From a virus, in IMG/VR virus record IMGVR_UViG_3300009285_003054, positions 112,804-176,803 of that record: a DNA stretch of 64,000 nucleotides, one strand, 5' to 3'. The notes under the pieces were generated by a model, which ran no database searches, was not told the origin of the DNA, and was given only the letters and a program-made list of their open reading frames with translations. This document shows positions 8,606 through 18,155 of this stretch, piece by piece (position 1 is the first letter of the stretch; the number at the start of each line of letters is the position of its first letter). The position numbers were made by a program, and so were the translations under genes.

Positions 8606-11600
8606 CTGATTTTCTCCCGCTGTGCTGTTGTTTTCTGAGATACCTAATATAGCGCATCGCCCCTTTCGGATACTTGCCCCACTTCTCTTTATGTTCCAAT
8701 GCCACCCTCATTAGGATTACTTCGAGCATAGGAATAGAGAAGTCCCATTCGTGAAGATCACCCCACCTAATGCCGATCCCAAAGTCACATTCCATCGGAG
8801 CCACGAACTTCACCCCGAAGTGTTTAACCATGTGTCGCATTGCCCACTTCGATAAACATAGCTCCATAACCCGGACGGCGCGTGGCACATCCTCGAACGG
8901 TACTTCCATATAGATAGCGTCATGAACGGTGTTGACCAGTTTCCAGCGCCCTTGCAGCTTGTTGCGCAGGATATAACGCTGGAGGATACCAATAGCTATC
9001 AAGCAGGCATCCGATGCTACCCCTTGAATCGGGGAGTTCTTAGCCTGCTTCTCAGCATGGGACTGAACCCACTCAGGTGCATTTTCCCAGATAGCTGGGT
9101 TGAACCGTCGTCGTCGCCCCAGAATGGACTCGACATAACCATTCTTGCGTGCATCATCCGGCCAGGTTTGCAATCTGCGGGCAAATCGCACGTACTTAGA
9201 ATCAAAAGCATTACAAAGCCGTTTCGTTGCAGCTACATCTTTTTTGATCTGGGATGCAATCGATTTGATCCCTCGACCATACATGTACCCAAAGACAATT
9301 GTCTTTGTCTCGGTGCGGAGGTTTTTAGTAACATCGTGGATGTCTACCCCAAAAAACTCCGATGCCGTCATCCGGTGGATGTCGCCTTTAAGGGATGCCT
9401 CAACCCGAAGGAATAACACATGCTTAAGAGCTTCCCCACCCTCGAGAGCAATCTCCTGGATCCGTATGGCCTCGGAATTCAGTGGTACGGACTTTTTCTT
9501 TTTCCCCCGGTCACACCATTTGGCTTTCTTCTCGAGGGTAAGGTATTCTCGATACAGGGTATGTGTCTTTGGGTCAAGGTGATTGACAACCTTTCGATAG
9601 GCATCCCGTGCAGCCCGGCCTTGATAGAAGAGCTTCCCGAGTACCTTATCCTCTGATTCGTTAGCCCCCATGCGGACCTCGTTCGCCATGAGGTCCGCTC
9701 CTACTAACACCCTATCGCGGGGGCTAATCAGGATGTTTTTAGCCGCTTTCTTGGGGGGTGTATTTGCTCTCGGAAAGTTTGCCATGTTGGGGTTGGAGTG
9801 TGCCAACCGAGCGGTCACTGTTGATGTCAACCCAAAGGTTCCGCGTACTCGACCATCTGTGCGCATATCGGGGTCCCCGGTGTCCGGGTGTACCCATTTG
9901 TATATAGCGTTAACAAACGTTGACACGAGAACGTGCAAGCCGTTCCAGTCTTTGACAATAGCCGCCTCGTTCAGTGGATTCCCGTCTTCGTCCCACTCGC
10001 CATATACCTCATAAAATGATGCATTGACTTGGGGGAGTTTGCCCTTCTCTGTAAACGATACGGGCTCCAGCCCCATCTCATCAAAGAACAGCATCCGCAG
10101 GTGGGCATCTTTAGTTAGGGACATCACCCAGGGAACTCCACCCCAGAGTGAGTGGATATTGCTTGACTCCTGTTTCCATATCCGTTTGTTTACCACTTGA
10201 GCCGGTCTGGATTTTTTAAGCTTGTCCACCAGACCGTACATTGATTTAAGTAAGACGCTTCTCTTTGGGTCGAGGAGCCTACGCAGCTCATCAATATCGG
10301 CAAGAAACCCATTCTGTTCCATCGCCACGATACCCAGGTAGGCATCTGAGTAAAGAAAGTAAACCAAGCGAAGGAGTTTCTCCCGGTAACCCTGCCCTTC
10401 CGCCTCAATCAGTAGTTCCTGGAACAGTCGCCATAGTCCCCATGCGTCTTTCCCACCATACTTCCGCAGACGATCCAGCGTCCAGTTGACTACATTCCAA
10501 CGGTCTGCTTTATCATCGCCATCGTAGGCATACTCGTCCCCCAAATACATCCGAGTGAGCAATGAGAGAGATAACCCTCGTTCTCTGTCTGGGTAGTAAT
10601 ACTCCTTCGGATCTCGGGATCCTGCTATCCGATTCTCATCCAGCAAGTATGCCACTTGCATGGAGTCGACCACTGGGTTATTAGTGACATCCACCCCTAA
10701 CTCTCGGTGAATTTGATGCAAGTCGAACACTGCTTTATGCATCAACCAAATCCAGCGATTGACCTTGCGTGTTTTGCCACCCAGTTTGACAGTCGCAGCA
10801 GTAAATACCTTGCGTAGGAGTGCGGATATCTTCGGAAAATCGTCTGTGAAGAACGGGGTCTGTGGATGCTTGAGCGGGATGACATACGCTGTTTCCCCAT
10901 CCCACGAGAATTGGATAGATACCATGTCATTGTCGTAGACTCGATGGAGGTTGCGGTCCTCCGTATCACACGCAACCACACTTCCCCGAGGAAGTGTAAG
11001 GATTTGTTTAACTATCTTGCGTACCCCCGCTACCGTTTCTACAAGAACACTTTTTCCCTCTCGGATGTCTTTGAAACTCTCCGATGCGGCAGCTCTTCCG
11101 GAGAGCTGAATCGCTTTTCGGATATCCTTGACAAACTCCCTCCCAGCATCAGTGGCAAGTCCACCCTGCCGCTGAACATACGAGGGGTGGTATGCAAAGA
11201 GGTAGGTTACCCCCGCTTGGTGTTTTACTTGCCCTCTTATGCGGGTTATCCCATCAGCTTGCGGGAAGTGTTCCTGCACTGCGGTATTCCCAAGCAAAAC
11301 AACCACCTTAGGGTGGTATTTTTTGAGATTTTCCCGGAAGTAATGTGCACAAGCCGTCTGCTCCTCCGCAGTGGGTGCACGGTCCATACCCTGCTTATCA
11401 ATCGGGCGACATTTCACCCCGTTATCAAACCCACACCCTTCTAATCCGCCATTGGTTTGGTGTAGCACATCTCGAAGTAGCGCCCCTGACTTACCCCTTG
11501 GGTTGAATGGTATGCCATCCTCGTCCTCAGTCTTACCCGGAGCATCTCCCTTGAAAAGCACGTCAAGACTCCCGCTTACGGAGGGGTGAAACTCCAGCGG

Positions 11601-11696
11601 AACACACGAAGTGGTGATATGATCAGCATGGTATAGAGGACAATTTAGACACACGGATTGCCGTTGCCTTCGGCAGAATTCTGCGGAAGTTGGCAT
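8598..11696 (-). CDS. polA: Family A DNA polymerase with N-terminal family-4 uracil-DNA glycosylase domain and 3'-5' exonuclease (SPO1-like architecture)
   Basis: UDG: CLNCPL, GDAPGKTED..GIPF, KCRP, YHPSY. Exo: DTE, HKAVFD, YGGKDA. Pol: TARLAHSNPNMANFP, DLMANEVR (A), RTETKTIVFGYMYG (B), NSPIQG, VHDAIY (C). Confidence 0.95.
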   Translation of the reverse strand: MPTSAEFCRRQRQSVCLNCPLYHADHITTSCVPLEFHPSVSGSLDVLFKGDAPGKTEDEDGIPFNPRGKSGALLRDVLHQTNGGLEGCGFDNGVKCRPIDKQGMDRAPTAEEQTACAHYFRENLKKYHPKVVVLLGNTAVQEHFPQADGITRIRGQVKHQAGVTYLFAYHPSYVQRQGGLATDAGREFVKDIRKAIQLSGRAAASESFKDIREGKSVLVETVAGVRKIVKQILTLPRGSVVACDTEDRNLHRVYDNDMVSIQFSWDGETAYVIPLKHPQTPFFTDDFPKISALLRKVFTAATVKLGGKTRKVNRWIWLMHKAVFDLHQIHRELGVDVTNNPVVDSMQVAYLLDENRIAGSRDPKEYYYPDRERGLSLSLLTRMYLGDEYAYDGDDKADRWNVVNWTLDRLRKYGGKDAWGLWRLFQELLIEAEGQGYREKLLRLVYFLYSDAYLGIVAMEQNGFLADIDELRRLLDPKRSVLLKSMYGLVDKLKKSRPAQVVNKRIWKQESSNIHSLWGGVPWVMSLTKDAHLRMLFFDEMGLEPVSFTEKGKLPQVNASFYEVYGEWDEDGNPLNEAAIVKDWNGLHVLVSTFVNAIYKWVHPDTGDPDMRTDGRVRGTFGLTSTVTARLAHSNPNMANFPRANTPPKKAAKNILISPRDRVLVGADLMANEVRMGANESEDKVLGKLFYQGRAARDAYRKVVNHLDPKTHTLYREYLTLEKKAKWCDRGKKKKSVPLNSEAIRIQEIALEGGEALKHVLFLRVEASLKGDIHRMTASEFFGVDIHDVTKNLRTETKTIVFGYMYGRGIKSIASQIKKDVAATKRLCNAFDSKYVRFARRLQTWPDDARKNGYVESILGRRRRFNPAIWENAPEWVQSHAEKQAKNSPIQGVASDACLIAIGILQRYILRNKLQGRWKLVNTVHDAIYMEVPFEDVPRAVRVMELCLSKWAMRHMVKHFGVKFVAPMECDFGIGIRWGDLHEWDFSIPMLEVILMRVALEHKEKWGKYPKGAMRYIRYLRKQQHSGRKSDG

Positions 11697-11761
11697 GTTG
11701 CTACCTCAATGAAATGATTTGGTATTACCTTGTAGTCTTTAGGCAGGGTAGGGTAAGGGAG

Positions 11762-12154
11762 TTAGTCGGGTTGGGGGATTTCAAAGTGTTGTAGCAATGC
11801 CTGTAGGGTAAGTGATCCAATACGTTTGATCACTTGTTCTCTCTGCGGAGTACGTATTGCCAGCCACTTGGCTTGCAACTCTACGAAGGGTTCGACCAGG
11901 CAACCCTGTGATCGGATGGCAGAGAAAAGCTCAAATCTCCGAGAACCCAAAGTTACGGTAAGCATTCCCTGAGTAAACTCTAGGGGGAGCCGAACGCCAT
12001 TCTCTGCTATCAACAGACATACTCCTAGTGGAGTGCTTGGTCGGATTGATCCCACTGCTTCAGGCATCGGAGCATTTCCTAAAATGGCGTCTCTCCGGAG
12101 AGATCCAAGTTTGTCTCTTACAATGGGTAGTCTACTCTTCCCGCAGCATGCCAT
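11762..12154 (-). CDS. Hypothetical protein (MACCGK N-terminus)
   Basis: ORF fills the gap between polA and queE in operon orientation. Confidence 0.55.
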   Translation of the reverse strand: MACCGKSRLPIVRDKLGSLRRDAILGNAPMPEAVGSIRPSTPLGVCLLIAENGVRLPLEFTQGMLTVTLGSRRFELFSAIRSQGCLVEPFVELQAKWLAIRTPQREQVIKRIGSLTLQALLQHFEIPQPD

Positions 12155-12326
12155 CAGAAACCCCCGTCTTCCTCACGGAATCAACAAACTCTTCTCTGTG
12201 CTCAATCTGGAGCGTCAATTTTGGTTTAGTCCGGATACCCATAGTCACATCTGACACTGTGGCTTGAGCCAACACTACCTGTCGAGGTTGTATTGATACA
12301 CATCGAGTTTTTCTATAGTTGGACAC
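12132..12326 (-). CDS. Small hypothetical protein
   Basis: 64-aa ORF with GTG start 2 nt after the queE stop. Confidence 0.4.
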   Translation of the reverse strand: MSNYRKTRCVSIQPRQVVLAQATVSDVTMGIRTKPKLTLQIEHREEFVDSVRKTGVSDGMLREE

Positions 12327-12328
12327 AG

Positions 12329-13045
12329 CTACCGCCCTCTTTCGCCATCCCAGATTAATGTGTGAAGCCGAGTGGATAAGTTGAACCCGGAGTGTAGAAT
12401 CTTGTCTAAAATACCCTCTAGTGAGAAGCTCTGAAGTCTCTGAATAAGACCCTCTCGATTCCTACACTCTGGCATGATCCAAACGTTACCTGGTTGAATT
12501 TTATAGTCACTAACAATGCGTGATACAATGTGGAACTCTAATTCCGAAGATATTACAAATTTGAATCGGAGTGAGTCAGCCGGTACACGACTAGTCCATT
12601 CCCGGAAGTCGATCCCAGTGGACCCTGAATCGGCGGAAGCTAACTTTGGGGATACGGTAAATTTGACGTAATCCGGTATCTCCCAAGATGGGTAGATTTC
12701 ACCATTGGTTTCGATCTCGACCCGAAACCAATTTAAGATGATGGCCAGTAGATCCAAATCCTCTGACACATGTATCATGGGCTCACCCCCCGTGAGTACA
12801 AATAGTCTTCTTTGCAGATAGTCTTTCGTAAATCCTGGATCCAGGGTCATCTCTTTTGCGGTCATCATAGTAATCTTTGTCGGATCGAGCACACCTTTCT
12901 TCCATGCGTACTCTGTGTCACACCACCGACAGTGTAGGTTACACCCGGCCATCCGAACGAATCTGGCCGGGGAGCCAATCGACGGACCCTCCCCCTGGAA
13001 TGAGTCGAACATTTCAACGACTGGGTATTTTTTCTGATCGATCAT
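12329..13045 (-). CDS. queE: 7-carboxy-7-deazaguanine synthase (radical SAM)
   Basis: EMFDSFQGEG, FVRMAGCNLHCRWCDT (CxxxCxxC), LTGGEP, IETNG, VSPKL and RLHTLIW. Start set at MIDQKK, which has a GGAGG RBS. Confidence 0.93.
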   Translation of the reverse strand: MIDQKKYPVVEMFDSFQGEGPSIGSPARFVRMAGCNLHCRWCDTEYAWKKGVLDPTKITMMTAKEMTLDPGFTKDYLQRRLFVLTGGEPMIHVSEDLDLLAIILNWFRVEIETNGEIYPSWEIPDYVKFTVSPKLASADSGSTGIDFREWTSRVPADSLRFKFVISSELEFHIVSRIVSDYKIQPGNVWIMPECRNREGLIQRLQSFSLEGILDKILHSGFNLSTRLHTLIWDGERGR

Positions 13046-13544
13046 CGGTACCTCCACTGGACTGCCCCAACCCATATACCACCCCTTTAGTGTGCGGAGA
13101 TATCCAGTAATCTCCACCTAAATCGACCACAATAGCGTACACACCCTCGGAGGCAAATAACACTTTTTTCATATCCAATTGGAGGATATAATCGACATCT
13201 TTGGCGGAGACATCCCCGATTCCGTGTGTGGGATCTACAATAAGGACTCCGCCATCCGGAGATTTTCTTGTAGAAAAAAAACCTGGAACTAGCTTTCGGA
13301 TACTGCCGGGCAGCACCCTATGGATAGGCTGGAGCTTGAAGCAACCACGATTAGTTCCGGGGAATGTCTCTGCAGTTATGATTACTCGCCAGAATTCCCC
13401 TGCTACAGGGGAATCTTCTCCGGCTAACGGCAGCCACTCTGTCTCGATTAGACCTTTTTTCCCCAACGTTGATGACACTATGGGTAGCCCCCGTCGAGAT
13501 CCTGGAGGAGGATCTCGACGGTGCAACTTCACTACGGTTTGCAT
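13014..13544 (-). CDS. Hypothetical protein
   Basis: ORF 13014..13598; the likely start MQTVVK at 13544 has an AGGAG RBS. Confidence 0.6.
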   Translation of the reverse strand: MQTVVKLHRRDPPPGSRRGLPIVSSTLGKKGLIETEWLPLAGEDSPVAGEFWRVIITAETFPGTNRGCFKLQPIHRVLPGSIRKLVPGFFSTRKSPDGGVLIVDPTHGIGDVSAKDVDYILQLDMKKVLFASEGVYAIVVDLGGDYWISPHTKGVVYGLGQSSGGTDDRSEKIPSR

Positions 13545-13587
13545 TATGACTCCTAGAGGCTGTTGAGATATAAAGATCCGAAAAGGG

Positions 13588-14559
13588 TTAAGGGGCAAAA
13601 GGTATTGGCCCGGAGTATACCGCTACCCCACGAAGGGACACTGTTGACATAGGATTTATGCTGAATGTCACACGGATCTGCCACTCTGTACCCAGTGCTT
13701 CCGGTGACCCAAGAAAGAGATTATCTGGCACGAGGATTTGTTGATTACCATCCACAAGTATGGCTCCGATGATGGTGGTGAGTAGTGTTTCCACGCCATC
13801 GACTACTATAGAAACCGTGGCGGAAGTCGAAATATGCGCTAGCGACAATCCCCTAAGTAGCACGTATTTCGGGCGGTAAACTGCAGGCCCTTGTGGCTCC
13901 AGATATATTGCCGTAGTGTGTGCCACCGCACCATGATTATTGGTCCACGTAGTCAAAAGTCGCTCAGTGCCATCCAATCCGTGCGTCGCCGTGACATTGA
14001 CATCTAAAACCAGTAGGCATCCAGGACTATCGAGCAAAGGTGCTCTCGTCTCAAGGGAGAGCATGGTCGCCTCTATGGGATCAATTCTAGCAGTCACGGA
14101 CGTGTTGAGGATGCGCATCTTAGGGGCTTCGTGGAGCATGTAACTCTCAAAATCTATACTTCCACCTGGATATCGAATCCACCCCAACACCACCCCTGGA
14201 TTTGGAAGATCCCCAGACTCCCCAAATATCGGATTCCCAAACCCATCATCTAACTCTATTAGCTCGTAAGTAGATCCACGACCCCCTGCCTGCACGTCAA
14301 ATGTATGATATTGTGCCACAGTGAATATGGTGGCGGATCCTTGAGGTGTGAGAAGTATGGTTCGGGTAGCAGAGTTGACAATTACCACACCATCTGTGGT
14401 AATGACCGAACCACTCCCAATTTGGATGCGCGAGTGATCCACCGAAACTGAGAGTACATTCCCCTCGAGCACACCAGTCTCAAATAGCCTAGTTTGTAGA
14501 CTATTTTGTGCTTCGGCCTGGATGAACCGACCGAAGTCATGATATCGTGTCTCACTCAT
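13588..14559 (-). CDS. Putative virion structural protein (tail/baseplate)
   Basis: Beta-rich, T/V/G-rich protein at the end of the structural module; translationally coupled to the upstream gene. Confidence 0.5.
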   Translation of the reverse strand: MSETRYHDFGRFIQAEAQNSLQTRLFETGVLEGNVLSVSVDHSRIQIGSGSVITTDGVVIVNSATRTILLTPQGSATIFTVAQYHTFDVQAGGRGSTYELIELDDGFGNPIFGESGDLPNPGVVLGWIRYPGGSIDFESYMLHEAPKMRILNTSVTARIDPIEATMLSLETRAPLLDSPGCLLVLDVNVTATHGLDGTERLLTTWTNNHGAVAHTTAIYLEPQGPAVYRPKYVLLRGLSLAHISTSATVSIVVDGVETLLTTIIGAILVDGNQQILVPDNLFLGSPEALGTEWQIRVTFSINPMSTVSLRGVAVYSGPIPFAP

Positions 14560-17500
14560 TATATCACATCCTTGCCAATAAAGTTATGTATGTCCGTCTG
14601 CTTTATTACCAACTCCACGCGGAACAGATAAAACACATCTAAACCGTTGAGATGACTAATACGCAATCGATTGTGCTGCGTCGGAGTTACCACCTGGTTG
14701 AACACGTAGTCTTGTCTACTCCTATTACAAAGTAGATTAGCCGTCCACGTCACGTCCACGTCCGGACCATCAACATAGTCATCCGGGGAGAGAACATCTG
14801 CTGATCCCAGAGTACATCGCACTTCTACTGTCACGGCTGGCCCCCCACTAACCAGTCCTACAAGAGATACTTTGACTATAGTGCAGGTACTCCGGATAAA
14901 AGGATCGATATCAATACTCCAGTACCAGTCGACATCTGTAGAGAAAGCCACTGGTCCAGTATAAACCATACCAATGGCGAAACCAGCTATGTTACCTGGT
15001 GCTATGTCCAGGCGATAAGCAATCACTGCCGCACCATGTCCTGCCGAAATAGCCAGATCTTTCTCCAAATCATTGATCGGGACAATGACCCTGACATTCA
15101 CTGTAGTAGGAAAGATGTAGACAGGTGATGATATTTGTGCCGCTGCTGCAACACTGTCTGCTAGTACAGTCAAAGTAGATACCGAACTAGATATTAATGC
15201 GTCGAACTGACCTTGGCCTGTAGCAGACAAATCGTCAGTGAAAATCTGATTGGTTACCTGTATATCCCCATCTACCTGCAACGTGCCTTGGTAGCCCCCG
15301 TTAAACCACCAGTCCCCGTTTACATTGATGTAAAACACCTCAGAGGGTGCGAGATCTCCCAGCCCATCCCACCCATAGACAGCAATCTGCTTATTACCAA
15401 GTCCAGCACCTAGTTTGTCGTCTGCATGAGCCTCGGAGTACAACTTAGGTGTTACATTCGCGCCAATCTCCGGCGTAATGTGGATACTTTTATGCTCACC
15501 ATCATCGGGTGATACAGGATCAACCCAATGTTCAACCTCCATTGCGTTCCAAAGATCACCCAATCCCCGGATATCTAAGTCCGTATCCCCCACGACACAG
15601 ATATAACCACGCCACCTTGCCACCATACGAAGCTGGACTTTATGTACCATGTCGGTTGTCTGGAATCCAGGTGTGTCGTCTGGCATGAACGCAAAAAACA
15701 CTATAGCAGTCCCGTCATACTTCCCATGTACAAGGCTGCTTGCTACAAACGAATTCCAATTGCTCCATGTGTCTGGGAGGTCAATAGTAGCATACCTATA
15801 CTGGACCGCTACACCACCCCCCACATTAAAGTGTTCCGCATCACCCAGTAGTGTGACTTGTATGTATTGAGTAGTATTCGGGGTCTTCATCGCCCTCGAA
15901 TAATACCACGAGTCCAGTGCTCTACGATCAGCAGATGTCATGGTTGGATCATCAGTGTCTTTCTGCACCCGTAGACTCATGCGTTGAGTCAGAATCAAAT
16001 CACTATTATGCAAATCGTCCGAATCATCCCCACATAACACCAAAACATTGCTAGGCTCTGCACTCTGAATTGTATAGCCACCTAGCAGAGATCCGGAAAC
16101 CTGTTTCCATAGCGGAATATCTACGTGGTTAAGTGTAGGCACTACCTCTCTCATATCGAGCATATCATTTGCTCGATACCCATTCCAGAAGAACGACGCA
16201 ACATATAGGGATCGATCAATGTTGCTGGCTTGATTGGAGAAATCCGGAACTGCGTCTACTACTACAGCAGAGAACGGTCCATCATTAGCACGTGCGGTTA
16301 TCCGTACCTCAGTAACACTTGCAAATGTTGCTATTGCTGTCTCTGCCTGAGTAGGATCCTCCACACCCGATCCTGCGGGATTATCTGACCATGTGGAGTC
16401 AAATGTTACTGATTCTACAAGGCTAGCCCCGTTAATATCCGTTCCGGTGATTTGCAGAGTTACCCCCAACAGCGAGCCAGGTGTAGATCCAGACAACCAC
16501 ACCCTGATTTTCGAGGGTCCTAGTAGAGTCATGTCGACATCCACCACATCGCTGGCAAAGTCATCTAACCGCGTGAAGGGTACTACTATCTGCGGGATGT
16601 GGACTAATCCCGCTGTGGGGTCGTAGACCACCCACACGCGGCGGGGAATAGGCCCCAGTGTGTCAAGCGTTAACAGGGATGACACTGAGGAAAACGCCAA
16701 GCCTTCCGTAATGACAGCTTCCCCGGCGACAGGGGTTCCAAATGTGAATGTGGTAGCAGTAGCAAAATCTACCGGAGGTTCAATGGCGGGGGTATTGGCG
16801 TACTTCACTTCATAATCGACAGCACCCGCCGGGGCTATATTATATACTACTTGGTCAACAACAGGCGGGTTACTCCATATAGCCGTCCCGGTGTCTGTCA
16901 CCGAAGTGAAATCCGGAAGTGCCACGACAACCGCAAGGATAGCTACTGCAATGCTATCGGTGGTGCTTACTCCATCCTGGTACACCACTGTGAGCACCTT
17001 GGTCGCCGCATCGTATGTCACCGTTTCGGCACCACCGCTGCTAACATCTACCTCGATAACATTGTCAGCCAGTCCGCTAACAGCAGTTTTCACCACAATG
17101 GTGTCGGTTCCAGGACCAACAATGATAATGTTCCGGTACTCCTCATTCTCAATGAAAATAATGTTGGTGCGATCTACCAGCTGCAGCGGGAGAAGAGTTG
17201 CGGCTGCAGTACCGGCATAAACATCTTGCAACTCCGCGCTACCCAGCACAATCGGGTATCCCAGTAACTGCACGTAGAGCGCATTGACATATCCGGTCAC
17301 ACCTCCGGAGGAATCCAAAACCCAACGAGATCGCGGGATCGTTTCCGTACAGAGAGTGCCCAACACGCAGGATCTATTGGTAGGTCGACTAACCACCAAT
17401 CCTCTCCCGATGAGTACATCATACAGGGAGAGATCTCCGACTACTTGGAAGTCATTGACAGTCATCCCATGGGGGTTACTGTCTGAAGTAGTTCCAGAAC

Positions 17501-18146
17501 CAACCCTTTTCCGGTGGTACATATCTACTGAGCTGAACCAGGGTCGATTTGTGGTGAGGATATCCTGAGACATGTCTACTACTGTCAGGTTAGCAGAACC
17601 ACTAGTCGCCTGGATAGTAACCAGTGCCAACGCCACTACTCGAGATAAAGTTGTGGAACCCAATGCTTGATACGCCGCCAGTGTGGTTACATGTACCAAG
17701 TTGGTATCGGTCTCTCTTTCTCGCTTGGCATTGATCGCGGTTACCCTACTGCGTACCGGGCGTAGATCGGACTCCACATTTTGGTATTCTAGATATACCA
17801 CATTTTGACCACCAGCATCGGTGGACACCAAGTCAACGACAACTGTGGTAGTGACTTCCATCCGAAGACCCAGATCACAGACCGCCTGCCCGGGGTGAAC
17901 ATCTACCCGTAATGGGTTGAGACTGTTGACAGTGACAATGAGGGGTGCTGTAGGGTCCAACCCGTCTTCCAAAGCGGGATTATCCTCTGCAACAATCCCT
18001 GGGGATTCAGAATCGAGATTCCCAGCCATTACAAGCTTAGTCCTCTCCAATAGCTCACCCTCAACAATTCCGTCAAGGTATTCGAGCAGATCAGATGTCT
18101 GTGGAACCCTACGATTGATACCGGGAATGCGTGTGTGAATAGTCAT
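14559..18146 (-). CDS. Large virion structural protein (tail fibre/baseplate-like, 1195 aa)
   Basis: Beta-rich composition. N-terminal VDVHPGQAVC...NVVYLEY...ALALVT module is typical of fibre/baseplate proteins. Context supports this. Confidence 0.6.
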   Translation of the reverse strand: MTIHTRIPGINRRVPQTSDLLEYLDGIVEGELLERTKLVMAGNLDSESPGIVAEDNPALEDGLDPTAPLIVTVNSLNPLRVDVHPGQAVCDLGLRMEVTTTVVVDLVSTDAGGQNVVYLEYQNVESDLRPVRSRVTAINAKRERETDTNLVHVTTLAAYQALGSTTLSRVVALALVTIQATSGSANLTVVDMSQDILTTNRPWFSSVDMYHRKRVGSGTTSDSNPHGMTVNDFQVVGDLSLYDVLIGRGLVVSRPTNRSCVLGTLCTETIPRSRWVLDSSGGVTGYVNALYVQLLGYPIVLGSAELQDVYAGTAAATLLPLQLVDRTNIIFIENEEYRNIIIVGPGTDTIVVKTAVSGLADNVIEVDVSSGGAETVTYDAATKVLTVVYQDGVSTTDSIAVAILAVVVALPDFTSVTDTGTAIWSNPPVVDQVVYNIAPAGAVDYEVKYANTPAIEPPVDFATATTFTFGTPVAGEAVITEGLAFSSVSSLLTLDTLGPIPRRVWVVYDPTAGLVHIPQIVVPFTRLDDFASDVVDVDMTLLGPSKIRVWLSGSTPGSLLGVTLQITGTDINGASLVESVTFDSTWSDNPAGSGVEDPTQAETAIATFASVTEVRITARANDGPFSAVVVDAVPDFSNQASNIDRSLYVASFFWNGYRANDMLDMREVVPTLNHVDIPLWKQVSGSLLGGYTIQSAEPSNVLVLCGDDSDDLHNSDLILTQRMSLRVQKDTDDPTMTSADRRALDSWYYSRAMKTPNTTQYIQVTLLGDAEHFNVGGGVAVQYRYATIDLPDTWSNWNSFVASSLVHGKYDGTAIVFFAFMPDDTPGFQTTDMVHKVQLRMVARWRGYICVVGDTDLDIRGLGDLWNAMEVEHWVDPVSPDDGEHKSIHITPEIGANVTPKLYSEAHADDKLGAGLGNKQIAVYGWDGLGDLAPSEVFYINVNGDWWFNGGYQGTLQVDGDIQVTNQIFTDDLSATGQGQFDALISSSVSTLTVLADSVAAAAQISSPVYIFPTTVNVRVIVPINDLEKDLAISAGHGAAVIAYRLDIAPGNIAGFAIGMVYTGPVAFSTDVDWYWSIDIDPFIRSTCTIVKVSLVGLVSGGPAVTVEVRCTLGSADVLSPDDYVDGPDVDVTWTANLLCNRSRQDYVFNQVVTPTQHNRLRISHLNGLDVFYLFRVELVIKQTDIHNFIGKDVI

Positions 18147-18155
18147 CTTATCCTC

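Noticed and set aside
9387-9617. Intein or intron in polA
   Set aside because: No Cys/Ser start, no His-Asn end, no endonuclease motif, and the frame is continuous.
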